Part shown: piece by piece, positions 40,801-50,615 of the stretch
How the letters are laid out: every line of letters begins with the position of its first letter
Position numbering within the stretch: position 1 is the first letter of the stretch
From: an uncultured Gemmatimonadota bacterium
GTDB lineage: Bacteria; Gemmatimonadota; Gemmatimonadetes; Palauibacterales; KS3-K002
Length of the DNA stretch: 64,000 nt
Assembly (NCBI GenBank): GCA_964348165.1
Contig: CAYGCC010000074.1
Location: 5,128-69,127, forward strand
Direction of reading: 5' to 3'
Program-made: the position numbers and the translations under genes
The notes under the pieces: model-generated
The model's input: only the letters and a program-made list of their open reading frames with translations
What the model was told of the DNA's origin: nothing
The model's database searches: none

Positions 40801-43149
40801 ATGCTTGCTTCCCCGCCCATGACTTTACAGATCCCGGCCCTCCTTCTGGCGCTCCAGGCGCCTCAGGCCGCGCCCAGTCCCGTCACAATCGAGGAGTACG
40901 TCCAGCTCGCCCAGCTCGGCCAGGTCCAGGTCGCCCCCGACGGTCGCTCCGTCACCTTTATTGCCAACGTGCCCGACGCGGGTGCCGACCTCTATCGCGG
41001 AACCCTCCATATCTGGGAACCTGACCAGGGGGCGCGGCCGGCGGCCGAGGGCTTCGCTGACGTGCGCGACCCGCGCTGGTCGCCCGATGGCGCCTGGCTG
41101 GCCTTCGTGTCCGCCGGACCGAACGCTGTGTCCGGCGACGGCGTCGTTCCGCGGCTCTGGCTGCTTTCGCGCACGAGTAACGAGCCGCGCGCCACTGCCG
41201 AGCTACCCGCCGCGGTCATCGACTACGGCTGGGCTCCCGGCGGCCTGATCTACACGCTGATCGGGAACGCCTCCGGCGGCGCCCGCGAGGTGTGGCGCAT
41301 CGAGGCGGCCCAGGGCGAAAGCGAGCGGGTTTGGGGCGGCGACGCCGGCATTCGTGAGCTGGCTGTCAGCCCGGACGGCGAAGCGATCGTATTCAGCAGC
41401 AACGCCACCGGACTCGACACGGACTATCTCAACTACGACCTGCGTATCCTCGACGTCGGCAGCGGCCGCACTCGAACCCTCACCAGCCGCGCTGGCTCGG
41501 AGCTCGCGCCGCTTTGGTCGCCGGATGGCGGCATGATCCTGTTCCTCGCCCCGCAAGATCCGACACTCGCACACTCACAGACCGAGTTGTTCAGCGTTCC
41601 CGCTACGGGCGGAACGCCGCAGGCGCTCACCGAGTCTTTCGACCTGACCGTCATCGACTTCCGCTGGCCGGCGGGCGGTGACGTCCTCTTCAGCGCCGCG
41701 GTTGGGGCCCACACGCATCTGTTCGCGATGCGGGCGAGCGGTGCCGTCGAGCAATTGAGTGGAGGCGCGTACAACATCGGCGCGTTCGACGCCACGAGCG
41801 GCGGGTCAGCGATCTACGCGATCCGCGAATCGGCGGAAGAAGCCGATGAGCTTTGGCGAATCGAAGTGACGGAGGTGAAGCGGCTCACCACGGTCAACGA
41901 GCGAGCGCGCCGCTGGCGATTGGCTCGGCAGGAGCTGCTGCGCTGGACGGCGCCCGACGGCCTGAGCAACGAGGGGCTGCTCGTCTATCCCGCCGGCTAC
42001 GTCGAGGGTCGCCGCTACCCGCTCTTGCTGAACCCGAGCGGTGGACCGTGGGGTCGCGCACGGGATGTGCTGAACCAGGCGGGCTCCTATCAGCTCTTCG
42101 CCGCCCAGGGCTACGCCGTGCTCGCGGCTAACGTGCGCGGTGGCAGCGGATACGGCGAGAGCTATGCGACGGCCAGTCGCACGGCCCTGGCGGGCGGCGA
42201 CCTGGTCGATCTACTGGCGGGGTTGGATCGAGTCATCGAGATGGGCGTCGCCGACTCGACCCGCATCGCCATCTATGGCGGCGCGGACAGCGAGTACGCC
42301 GCCCACTTGACCAGCTGGGCCGTGACCCAAACCTCGCGCTTTCAAGCCGCCGTGGTGCTATCGGGCATGGGCATCGAGCCGGCGTCCACCGCCGAGGGTA
42401 CGATCGAACGGCATGCCCGAATCGGGGCTCAGTACGTCGAGGCGTTGAAAGAGGAGCGCCCCCTGGTCGACGCGAGTCGCGCGGTTCTCACACCGCTCCT
42501 GATCATCGAAGGCGCGTCGCCGACGCTCGTCTCGCACCCGCGTCTCCTTTACAGCGCCCTCAGAGACCAGAGGCTCCCGGTCGCCCTGGTCGAGCTGCCG
42601 GGGCAGGCCGGCGCTGGATCCGGACCTCAGACACGCCGCGACCTCTTCTTCCGACAGCTTCGCTGGTTCGACCAGTACCTGAAGTTCGGCGGCGCCAACC
42701 TCGTCGATTTCTATATGCTGGATGAACCCGTGCCGGGGCCAGGCGGCTGGCAGCTGCGTGTGACCCGCGCGCAGCCGCGGGGCCCGTACATGGCCGTCGA
42801 GCCGGCCGAGGGACGCTACCTCGAGGTGGTCATCGAGTTCGAGCCCAGCGAAGCGGCGGTGCATGAGGGCAGGTTGGAATCGCTCGTACTGAACCTGGCG
42901 GAGGATCTGAGCCTGCTCGCCCCCGATAACACCTCTCGCTCGTTCGCCGGCACCGTCACCGAGATCTTCGGTCGCGAGACGCTGATCCTGGGCAGCCCCA
43001 GTCCGATCACCGTATCGCCACCGGAAGCGGGGGCGGCCCCGAAGCTCACGTTTCACCTGGCGTTCGAGATTCCAGCGGGGTCGGGTGAGTACCGCCTGCT
43101 GCACGAGGGTTTCGGGCCGGTAAGGATTTGGATTCCGAGAGAGCCGTAG
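40801..43149 (+). CDS. S9 (prolyl oligopeptidase)-family protein with N-terminal beta-propeller. The catalytic triad is apparently degenerate, and there is an extra C-terminal domain.
   Basis: PD40-like repeats (SPDGAWLAFVS, SPDGEAIVFSS, SPDGGMILFLA). The nucleophile-elbow position reads RIAIYGGADSEY instead of GGSYGG. Confidence 0.65.
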   Translation: MLASPPMTLQIPALLLALQAPQAAPSPVTIEEYVQLAQLGQVQVAPDGRSVTFIANVPDAGADLYRGTLHIWEPDQGARPAAEGFADVRDPRWSPDGAWLAFVSAGPNAVSGDGVVPRLWLLSRTSNEPRATAELPAAVIDYGWAPGGLIYTLIGNASGGAREVWRIEAAQGESERVWGGDAGIRELAVSPDGEAIVFSSNATGLDTDYLNYDLRILDVGSGRTRTLTSRAGSELAPLWSPDGGMILFLAPQDPTLAHSQTELFSVPATGGTPQALTESFDLTVIDFRWPAGGDVLFSAAVGAHTHLFAMRASGAVEQLSGGAYNIGAFDATSGGSAIYAIRESAEEADELWRIEVTEVKRLTTVNERARRWRLARQELLRWTAPDGLSNEGLLVYPAGYVEGRRYPLLLNPSGGPWGRARDVLNQAGSYQLFAAQGYAVLAANVRGGSGYGESYATASRTALAGGDLVDLLAGLDRVIEMGVADSTRIAIYGGADSEYAAHLTSWAVTQTSRFQAAVVLSGMGIEPASTAEGTIERHARIGAQYVEALKEERPLVDASRAVLTPLLIIEGASPTLVSHPRLLYSALRDQRLPVALVELPGQAGAGSGPQTRRDLFFRQLRWFDQYLKFGGANLVDFYMLDEPVPGPGGWQLRVTRAQPRGPYMAVEPAEGRYLEVVIEFEPSEAAVHEGRLESLVLNLAEDLSLLAPDNTSRSFAGTVTEIFGRETLILGSPSPITVSPPEAGAAPKLTFHLAFEIPAGSGEYRLLHEGFGPVRIWIPREP

Positions 43150-43162
43150 GTTCGCTTGAGTC

Positions 43163-44785
43163 TTGGTAATTTCAAACTCGCGTGTACAAAGACACGAGCC
43201 CTTCGAAAGCACCGGGCCACCGCGTAACGGAGGTAAGAGCTTGAACTCACGCCGCGTCACACTGCTCATCTTCGGTGTCGTGCTGGTCGCGGCCGTCGCT
43301 CTAGCCGGACGCTTCCCCCAGCAAGGCGGCCACTACGGCTTTTGGTCGGTGCTGCCCCCAGCCGTCGCCATCATCCTCGCCTTTGCGACACGCGAGGTCG
43401 TGAGCTCGCTGTTCATCGGTGTCGCGCTCGGTGGCGTGATCAGCGGCAAGATCAACATCGTACAGCACTTCCTCATCCCATCGATCGGCAGTCCCGAGTA
43501 CGGGCTGATCTTGCTCGTCTACCTGTGGGCTCTGGGCGGTCTCATCGGTCTGTGGACGCGGACCGGAGGCGCTCGCGCCTTTGCTGAGTGGGCGGGGCGT
43601 TTGATGGTGGTCGGTCCGCGCTCGGCGAAGTTCTTCGCCTGGCTGATGGGGATCATCTTTCACCAGGGCGGGACCATCAGCACCGTGCTCACGGGAACGA
43701 CGGTGCGCCCGGTGTCCGACCGGCATCGGGTCTCTCACGAGGAGCTGTCGTACATCGTCGACTCGACGGCGTCGCCCGCCGCCACCCTCATCCCTTTCAA
43801 CGTCTGGCCGATCTACGTCGCCGGACTCGTCGCCGGCACCGTACCGGTTCTGGCGACGCAGGCCGACGGCATCCAGTTCTTCTTCCGTGCGCTACCGTTC
43901 AACTTTTACGCGATGTTTGCGATCCTCTTTACCCTCCTGTTCTCGATCGAGCGTATGCCTTTCATCCCCGGAAAGCTCTGGGGCGATGTCCCGCTCGTCG
44001 TCGGCCGCAAGATGTCCGACGCCATGCGCCGAGCACGGGAGAACGGCGCCCTCGACCGACCCGGCGCCGAGCCGCTCACTTCCGAAGAGCTGACGGTGGT
44101 CAAGGTCGTGGAGGGCTACCCGACCGGGAAGCTCGACTTCTTCGGGCCGATCGGAGTATTGCTAGGCGTTGCAGTGATTCCGTACAGCTACGCTTTCTTC
44201 ATACAAGGTTCTGAAAGCCCGCCCCTCTACATCGCCGAAGCGTTCATCCTCGCCGTACTGGCCGGCGTGGCTATCGCGCTGGTCAAGGGGATGGATCTGC
44301 GAACGGCGATCAGCGCCATCATCGATGGGTGCAAGGGGGTGACGATCGGCGCCATCATCCTGGCGCTGGCCGTCACGCTCAAAGAGGTGGCCAGTGCCGT
44401 GGGCACCGCGGCCTACATCATCGAGGTCACCGCCGGTATACTCAGCCCGGTAATCGTACCCGCGCTCTTTCTCGCCCTCTGCATGGTCATCGCCTTCTCC
44501 ACTGGCACATCGTGGGGCACCTATGCGGTGGTCTTCCCCGTCGCTATGCCGCTCGCCTGGGCGATCAACCCCGACCCCACCTACCTCAAGCTCTGTTTCG
44601 GCGCGGTGCTCGGCGGCAGCGTCTTCGGCGACCAGTGCTCGCCGATCTCGGACACGACGATCCTTTCGTCGCTCGCCACCGGCTCGGACCTGATGGACCA
44701 TGTTTATACGCAGATCCCTCTCGCGCTCACCGCCGCTGGGCTGGGCGGGGTGCTCTATACGATCCTCGCCGCGTTCATTGTCTAG
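43163..44785 (+). CDS. Na+/H+ antiporter NhaC family (start uncertain)
   Basis: SVLPPAVAIILAFATREVVSSLFIGV and 10-12 TM helices, typical of NhaC. Confidence 0.7.
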   Translation: MVISNSRVQRHEPFESTGPPRNGGKSLNSRRVTLLIFGVVLVAAVALAGRFPQQGGHYGFWSVLPPAVAIILAFATREVVSSLFIGVALGGVISGKINIVQHFLIPSIGSPEYGLILLVYLWALGGLIGLWTRTGGARAFAEWAGRLMVVGPRSAKFFAWLMGIIFHQGGTISTVLTGTTVRPVSDRHRVSHEELSYIVDSTASPAATLIPFNVWPIYVAGLVAGTVPVLATQADGIQFFFRALPFNFYAMFAILFTLLFSIERMPFIPGKLWGDVPLVVGRKMSDAMRRARENGALDRPGAEPLTSEELTVVKVVEGYPTGKLDFFGPIGVLLGVAVIPYSYAFFIQGSESPPLYIAEAFILAVLAGVAIALVKGMDLRTAISAIIDGCKGVTIGAIILALAVTLKEVASAVGTAAYIIEVTAGILSPVIVPALFLALCMVIAFSTGTSWGTYAVVFPVAMPLAWAINPDPTYLKLCFGAVLGGSVFGDQCSPISDTTILSSLATGSDLMDHVYTQIPLALTAAGLGGVLYTILAAFIV

Positions 44786-44821
44786 CCCCCCTGCCGGAGT
44801 CGCGCTCATCGTCTAGCCGCC

Positions 44822-45925
44822 GTGTTGTACTCGAGCTTCTCGCGCCTCTTCGACAACCGACGGCTTCGCCGCGCCCTTCCTGGGTATGTGGCCACAGCTC
44901 TGATCATCGTCGTCACGCTCCTCTGGACGTTCTGGAGCGTCGGCGAGCTGTATTACGAGGGGTGGTGGGGAGCGTGGTACATTCGGCTGGCCTACCTGAT
45001 CCCGGCCGGGGTCTGCCTGCTCCTCACCCTGATCGCGTTGACCTGGCCTCGCGTCGGTGGCTGGCTGATCATCATCATCGGCGGCGCCTTCACCGCCTGG
45101 TGGTTGGGTCCACGCCTTCGTTCGGGCCTCGATATCGGCCAACTGCTGGTACTCTTTCCCCTGAGTGGGATGCTCGTGGTGATCGGCGTGCTCTTCCTCT
45201 TCGAGGGGCGGCACCGGCGGTTGTCACGCAGGGAAGGCTGGACCCGGACCGGCGGCTGGCTGCGCCGCAACGCTCGCTTCGTAGCAGCCGTCGGGTTGCC
45301 GCTCCTCATTTTCCTCGGTTGGTCCGTGTACTGGCTACCCGTCCTGTTGTCACGACACGACGACGGCGAGCGTGGTACTCGGCTGATCGCCGGAAATCGC
45401 GTGACTCTGGTCTGGGCTCCCGAGGGCCCGGGCTGGAACTGGAAACAGCCGTGGGGCGGCTATCCATCCTGGGATCGGATCGCGCTTTACGGCGTGCCGC
45501 CGATCGGGCTTGAGGACAAGCCCGGCTATGAGGAAGGCCATGCCGACGCCGCCGAGATGGCGGCGACCGGGCTATGCCGTTATCTGAGCGCCGACGGTCT
45601 GACGCTGCTGAGCGAGGCTCAGAACATCTGGCGCCTGCCCACGACCGACGAGCTCATCGGTTCGCTGATGCGGCACAACGAGAACGCGAACTGCGTACGC
45701 GCCACATCGATCCTTGCAGCGCCCCGCGGCCGCGCCTCGTGCGACCGCACACCGGACAAGGAGACGCCCCTCTGGGCCCCGGACCGGGAACCGATCTACT
45801 ACTGGTCAGCCGACGAGTTCGATGCCGACCGCGCCTACTTCGTGAGTTACAGCGGCGCCTTCAACGTTCAGCCGAAGTCATGGGGCAACCCGCGACACAG
45901 CCATCGCTGCGTCCGCGCGCCTTGA
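44822..45925 (+). CDS. Membrane protein with C-terminal DUF1566 (Lcl C-terminal)-like domain
   Basis: At least 5 TM helices N-terminally, then …AQNIWRLPTTDELIGSLM… resembling the DUF1566 WRLPT..EL motif. Confidence 0.5.
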   Translation: MLYSSFSRLFDNRRLRRALPGYVATALIIVVTLLWTFWSVGELYYEGWWGAWYIRLAYLIPAGVCLLLTLIALTWPRVGGWLIIIIGGAFTAWWLGPRLRSGLDIGQLLVLFPLSGMLVVIGVLFLFEGRHRRLSRREGWTRTGGWLRRNARFVAAVGLPLLIFLGWSVYWLPVLLSRHDDGERGTRLIAGNRVTLVWAPEGPGWNWKQPWGGYPSWDRIALYGVPPIGLEDKPGYEEGHADAAEMAATGLCRYLSADGLTLLSEAQNIWRLPTTDELIGSLMRHNENANCVRATSILAAPRGRASCDRTPDKETPLWAPDREPIYYWSADEFDADRAYFVSYSGAFNVQPKSWGNPRHSHRCVRAP

Positions 45926-45995
45926 ACTAGCGAGCTTGCCGTGGTCCAGCCCTGTCCAATTGCCGGGCATCGACGGGCCGTCTTATTCTTTCTTC

Positions 45996-47066
45996 ATGGC
46001 CCACGTCAGCCTGCGTGATCTCACCAAAGAGTTCGAAGAGACCGTCGCCGTCGCCGAGCTGAGTCTCGAGATCGCGGACGGCGAGTTCATGGTGCTGGTG
46101 GGGCCGTCGGGCTCGGGGAAGACGACGGCCTTGCGATTGATCGCCGGGCTCGAGCACCCCACGCGCGGATCGATCTACATCGACGACCGCAACGTCACCG
46201 ATGTCCCCGCGCGTGACCGCGATATCTCGATGGTCTTCCAGAGCTACGCCCTCTACCCACACATGACCGTGTACCAGAACATGGCCTTCGGCCTCGAGGT
46301 GCGTGGAGTCGGCAAGGAGCAGATCCGCGAGCGGGTCGAGGCGGCAGCGGATATCCTCGGCATACGCGAACTGCTGCACCGCAGACCCGGTCAGCTTTCC
46401 GGAGGTCAGCGGCAACGCACCGCCTTAGGCCGCTCTATCGTGCGCCAGCCCAGCGCGTTTCTATTCGATGAACCGCTCTCTAACCTCGACGCCAGCCTGC
46501 GCGTCGGCATGCGTGCGGAGCTTTCCCAGCTTCACCGCCGCCTGAACGCCACGATCATCTACGTGACGCACGATCAGGTCGAGGCGATGACCATGGGACA
46601 GCGCATCGCGGTCATGAACGAGGGCCGCCTCCAGCAGTGCGCCACGCCGCTGGAGGTTTATCGCCGACCCGCCAACCTTTTCATCGCGGGCTTCATCGGA
46701 TCGCCCGCGATGAACTTTTTTCCGGGCACCCTGGGAAGCGTCCAGGGCGGCTGGGAGTTTCGGGGGGCCAGCTTCAGACTAGAACTGCCGCCGAGCGGCG
46801 AATTCTCCAGCGGTCCAGCGACTTTGGGTGTTCGGCCGGAAGACTTGCAGCTCGGCAGCGACGGTGTCCTGCGTGCGACCGTACGCGTGGTCGAGCCCAT
46901 CGGCAGTGAAGTCTTCGTGCACTTGACCACGGCCGACGGGGAGCTGGCCGTCGCCCGAGCGCCGGCTGATGTGCAGGTGGCGGTGGAGGAGCGCGTCGGC
47001 CTCGAGATCCCACCGAAGAAGGTGCATCTATTCAGTGGCGCCTCCGGCGTGCGGATCGGGCCCTGA
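45996..47066 (+). CDS. Carbohydrate ABC transporter ATP-binding protein (MalK/UgpC/MsmX-like)
   Basis: Walker A GPSGSGKTT, LSGGQRQRTALGR, Walker B FLFDEPLSNLD, plus a C-terminal TOBE-like domain. Confidence 0.85.
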   Translation: MAHVSLRDLTKEFEETVAVAELSLEIADGEFMVLVGPSGSGKTTALRLIAGLEHPTRGSIYIDDRNVTDVPARDRDISMVFQSYALYPHMTVYQNMAFGLEVRGVGKEQIRERVEAAADILGIRELLHRRPGQLSGGQRQRTALGRSIVRQPSAFLFDEPLSNLDASLRVGMRAELSQLHRRLNATIIYVTHDQVEAMTMGQRIAVMNEGRLQQCATPLEVYRRPANLFIAGFIGSPAMNFFPGTLGSVQGGWEFRGASFRLELPPSGEFSSGPATLGVRPEDLQLGSDGVLRATVRVVEPIGSEVFVHLTTADGELAVARAPADVQVAVEERVGLEIPPKKVHLFSGASGVRIGP

Positions 47067-48361
47067 TGCGAACACGCCCCTTACACCGTTTGATCGCCGC
47101 ACTCGTGCTGCTCGCAGCCACGGCCTGCCGAGGCGGCGAGCGCACGGTCATTCGGGTCATGGCATGGGCAGGGCCCGAGGAACGCCAGATCGAGCAGCGC
47201 ATTCTCGACCAGTTTCAACAGCGCCACCCAGAGATCCACATCGAGTACGAGTCGATCTCCGCCAACTACCGTGAGCGGCTGCTGACCTCCATCGTGGCCG
47301 GTACGCCCCCCGACGTGGCGTTGCTTGACAACGGCTCCTTCGGCGCCGCGCCCTTCATCGCTCGAGATCTGCTAGTCAACGTCGCGCCCTATCTCGAGCG
47401 CATCGGCGTCGACACCTCAGCTTACTATCCTCAAGTACTCGAGATCTTCAAACGGGGCGGCGGCCTATACGCGTTCCCGAAGGACTTCAACCCCATCGTC
47501 GTCTATTGCAACGTCGAGCTGTTCGAGGCCGCCGACGTGGCGCTCCCCGAGCCCGACTGGACCTGGGACGATTTCTTGACCATCGCCCAGAGCCTGACCC
47601 TCGACAGCGACGGCGACGGCCGGCCCGAAACCTTCGGAACGTTGCTACGCCGGGTCTTTTACCTCTGGCAACCTTGGGTCTGGGCGGCCGGCGGCGACGT
47701 GTTGAGCCCTGACGGTCGCCGCGCCAGCGGCTATCTGGACAGCCCCGAAACCGAGCGCGCCATCAAGTTTCTCACTGACCTGGTCAAGGTGCACCGTGTG
47801 GTCCCAGCCGTAGACGTGCAGCGGCAGGAGCAGGGGATGGAGCGCAACCTCTTCCTGACAGGTCGCATCGGGATGGTGACCAGCGGTCACTGGTGGCTCC
47901 CCAGCATTCGCCGCTACATCGCCGAGGGAAAGGTCAGGGTGGCGGTGCGTCCCCTTCCGCGCTACGCCGATCGCGAGCCGGTCACCGTGCTTTACGCCGC
48001 CGGTTGGGCGGTGCCCCACAACACCCGGCACAAACGGCTCGCGGTCGAGCTCGCGGCGCACCTGTCGTCGCCCGAAGCGCAAAGTCAGCGCGCGAGCTAC
48101 GGGCTCGCCATTCCGTCGCTTCGCGCCATCCACGAAGAAGCGGCGGCCGCCGACGAGCTGGGCCTGGAGGAGGATTTCCTGGCCGCCGCGCGCTACGGGC
48201 GCATGTCGTGGGGATCGAGCGTGGAAAAGTGGGCGCACGTCGAGGTCTTCCTCCCCGACATCTTCGATCGTGTCATCTTCGCCAAGGAACCGATCCACGA
48301 GGTCACGACCGACGTGGCGCGACGGATCGATGAAATACTCGCCGCGCCCGCCAACGATTGA
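47066..48361 (+). CDS. Carbohydrate ABC transporter substrate-binding lipoprotein (SBP family 1)
   Basis: Lipobox LLAATACRGG. Size and position between the ATPase and permeases. Confidence 0.75.
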   Translation: MRTRPLHRLIAALVLLAATACRGGERTVIRVMAWAGPEERQIEQRILDQFQQRHPEIHIEYESISANYRERLLTSIVAGTPPDVALLDNGSFGAAPFIARDLLVNVAPYLERIGVDTSAYYPQVLEIFKRGGGLYAFPKDFNPIVVYCNVELFEAADVALPEPDWTWDDFLTIAQSLTLDSDGDGRPETFGTLLRRVFYLWQPWVWAAGGDVLSPDGRRASGYLDSPETERAIKFLTDLVKVHRVVPAVDVQRQEQGMERNLFLTGRIGMVTSGHWWLPSIRRYIAEGKVRVAVRPLPRYADREPVTVLYAAGWAVPHNTRHKRLAVELAAHLSSPEAQSQRASYGLAIPSLRAIHEEAAAADELGLEEDFLAAARYGRMSWGSSVEKWAHVEVFLPDIFDRVIFAKEPIHEVTTDVARRIDEILAAPAND

Positions 48362-48413
48362 ACCTACGTTTCAAGACTGTGAACCGCGCGCCGACGATGA
48401 GTGACGGAAACGA

Positions 48414-50615
48414 ATGAGCCGCTTGCGACCAGCCTACTACTTGCTGGTCCTGATGCCAGCTCTGGTTCTCGCTGTCGTCGGGATCGCCGTCGCCCATCGC
48501 AGCCGCGCTGACCTGCAGCCGGAGTTGGACCGGCACGCCGCTGCCCGCGCTGCCGAGTACATCCGCTGGGAGCGCGCGCGTCTCCGTCGACGCCTCGCGG
48601 AATCGGCGGCCTCACTCGCCGACGCGGCCTCCGACCTGTCGATCGAGCGGTACACCTTTTATGAGCGCAACACCGCGCTCGACCGCGAGGTGTTCGTCGG
48701 CTCCTTCCCGGTCGACTCGCCGATCGTACCGCTCACCCCGGAGACTGAGCGCAGCGAAGCGTTACTGGCGACCGCGCGACAAGGCGCCACTGTGGCGGAG
48801 CTGGTCAGCCTGGAAGGGCGGGTGCGCTGGCTCGCTTACCTTTTCGACGGCGAGCGCACGACGGTCGTGTTGCTCGCCTTGGAGCCCGCTCTCACGGAAC
48901 GCTTTCGAGCCGCCAGCGGTTACGAGCTGGCGCTTTACTATGAAGATACGCGTGTCCCGCCCGCCTGGATCGACTGGCCGGAAAATCTCCCGCCTTCCCT
49001 GCGTGACTCGCTGGCAAGCTTCGATCGGCCGATCAGCGCGCGGCTGCAAGGAGAGCGCGCGGCCGCCGCACCCATCAAAGACTTCGACGACTGGGATGTC
49101 ATCGGCACGGCGCTGGTACGTCCAGGCGCGAACGCCCCGGCCACGCCTGGGTTTCCCCTGCTTCCGGCGCTGGCCCTGGTTTTGGCGGCCCTGGCGACGG
49201 CCGGCATCCTCTGGCGCGCCGGGTCCGAGGCGACCCGACCCGCAGGCGCACGCTCGCTTCGCCGGGGGCTGACCCGCGCTCTGGTTCCGGCGGCGCTGGC
49301 GGCGGCCTGGCTCGTCGCCGTGGACAACGGGGCTTCAAGCCGGGCAACCGACGCGGCGCTCGAGATGAGCGCCCGCCTGGTGCGGGGGGCTCTGGGCCCA
49401 ACGGCGGGGCTGTTACCCTCAGCCGCCACTCTCTCGGCCAACGCGCTCTCGCGCCTGAGCGGGTTCGATGTGGTCGTGATGCGCGGCGACTCCATCGCCG
49501 CCGCCACTCGGGAGACGCCGACTGCAGCGCTTATCGGACTGGGATCGCCGGCGGGCCGCTTGCGCTTGGGCGACGATCGCCGCGCCTACCGCCGGCTGGA
49601 CCTTTCCGATGAGTGGCGCCTCTTCTTGCTGGCACCACCGCTCGAGGACTCTCGTAAAGCCGTCCTCTTCTGGCTCGCGGGCCTCTATGGCCTACTCGCC
49701 GTCGGCGCCCTGATCTTCGCAAGCCACGCCAGCGCCGCCGGCAGCGCTCTGGAGCTGCGGGAAGCGGTGACCGGATGGACCTTCATCGGGCCCTCACTCG
49801 CGTTACTACTGGTCTTCTCGGCGGCGCCGCTGCTCTTCGCGTTTTACTTGAGCGTTCATGGTTGGAATCTGGTGGAGCCGGTCAAGCCCTTCGTCGGGCT
49901 CCGCCATTACGTCCAGCTGGCCGGAGATGGAACCTTCTGGAACGCGGCAAAGAACACCCTGCTTTACTCGCTCTACGTGCCGGCGACGATGATGCTGTCG
50001 CTGGCCGTCGCCCTTTTGCTCAACCGCTCGTTCCGGGGCGTGGCGCTGCTGCGTGCCGTGTTCTTCATGCCGTACATCACGAGCTTCGTAGCGATCTCCA
50101 TCGTCTGGCAGTGGATGTACGACCCCGAGTTCGGATTTATCAACTGGGCGCTGGGGCTGGTGGGGCTGGGACCGTACCCCTGGCTCAGCAACCCGGCCAC
50201 TGCCTTGCCCGCGCTAATGATCATGGCCGTCTGGATCCACATCGGCTTCCAGATGGTCATCTTCCTGGCGGGCCTTCAGGCGATACCGAACGAGCTGTAC
50301 GAAGCGGCGATGATCGACGGCGCCGGCCGCTGGCGTCGTTTCTGGCGCATCACCCTACCGTTGCTCAAGCCGACGACGTTCTTCGTGCTGGTTACCTCGA
50401 TCATCGGCTCCTTTCAGGTCTTCACCTTCGTCTATGTCATGACTGAGGGCGGGCCGCTCCGAGCCACCGACGTCATCGTCTATCACATCTATCAGAACGC
50501 CTGGCAGTTCTTGCGTATGGGCTACGCCTCGGCGATGAGCTGGGTGCTGTTCGCGGCCATCTTCGCGATCACGCTGCTCCAGTTCAGGCTGCTGGGCCGC
50601 AGGGTGACCCCTTAG
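48414..50615 (+). CDS. Carbohydrate ABC permease (MalF/UgpA-type) fused to a roughly 445-aa N-terminal membrane/periplasmic extension
   Basis: C-terminal 290 aa carry LREAVTGWTFIGPSLALLLVF and EAA motif EAAMIDGAGRWRRFWRITLPLLKPT. One uninterrupted frame with 3 extra TM segments upstream. Confidence 0.6.
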   Translation: MSRLRPAYYLLVLMPALVLAVVGIAVAHRSRADLQPELDRHAAARAAEYIRWERARLRRRLAESAASLADAASDLSIERYTFYERNTALDREVFVGSFPVDSPIVPLTPETERSEALLATARQGATVAELVSLEGRVRWLAYLFDGERTTVVLLALEPALTERFRAASGYELALYYEDTRVPPAWIDWPENLPPSLRDSLASFDRPISARLQGERAAAAPIKDFDDWDVIGTALVRPGANAPATPGFPLLPALALVLAALATAGILWRAGSEATRPAGARSLRRGLTRALVPAALAAAWLVAVDNGASSRATDAALEMSARLVRGALGPTAGLLPSAATLSANALSRLSGFDVVVMRGDSIAAATRETPTAALIGLGSPAGRLRLGDDRRAYRRLDLSDEWRLFLLAPPLEDSRKAVLFWLAGLYGLLAVGALIFASHASAAGSALELREAVTGWTFIGPSLALLLVFSAAPLLFAFYLSVHGWNLVEPVKPFVGLRHYVQLAGDGTFWNAAKNTLLYSLYVPATMMLSLAVALLLNRSFRGVALLRAVFFMPYITSFVAISIVWQWMYDPEFGFINWALGLVGLGPYPWLSNPATALPALMIMAVWIHIGFQMVIFLAGLQAIPNELYEAAMIDGAGRWRRFWRITLPLLKPTTFFVLVTSIIGSFQVFTFVYVMTEGGPLRATDVIVYHIYQNAWQFLRMGYASAMSWVLFAAIFAITLLQFRLLGRRVTP

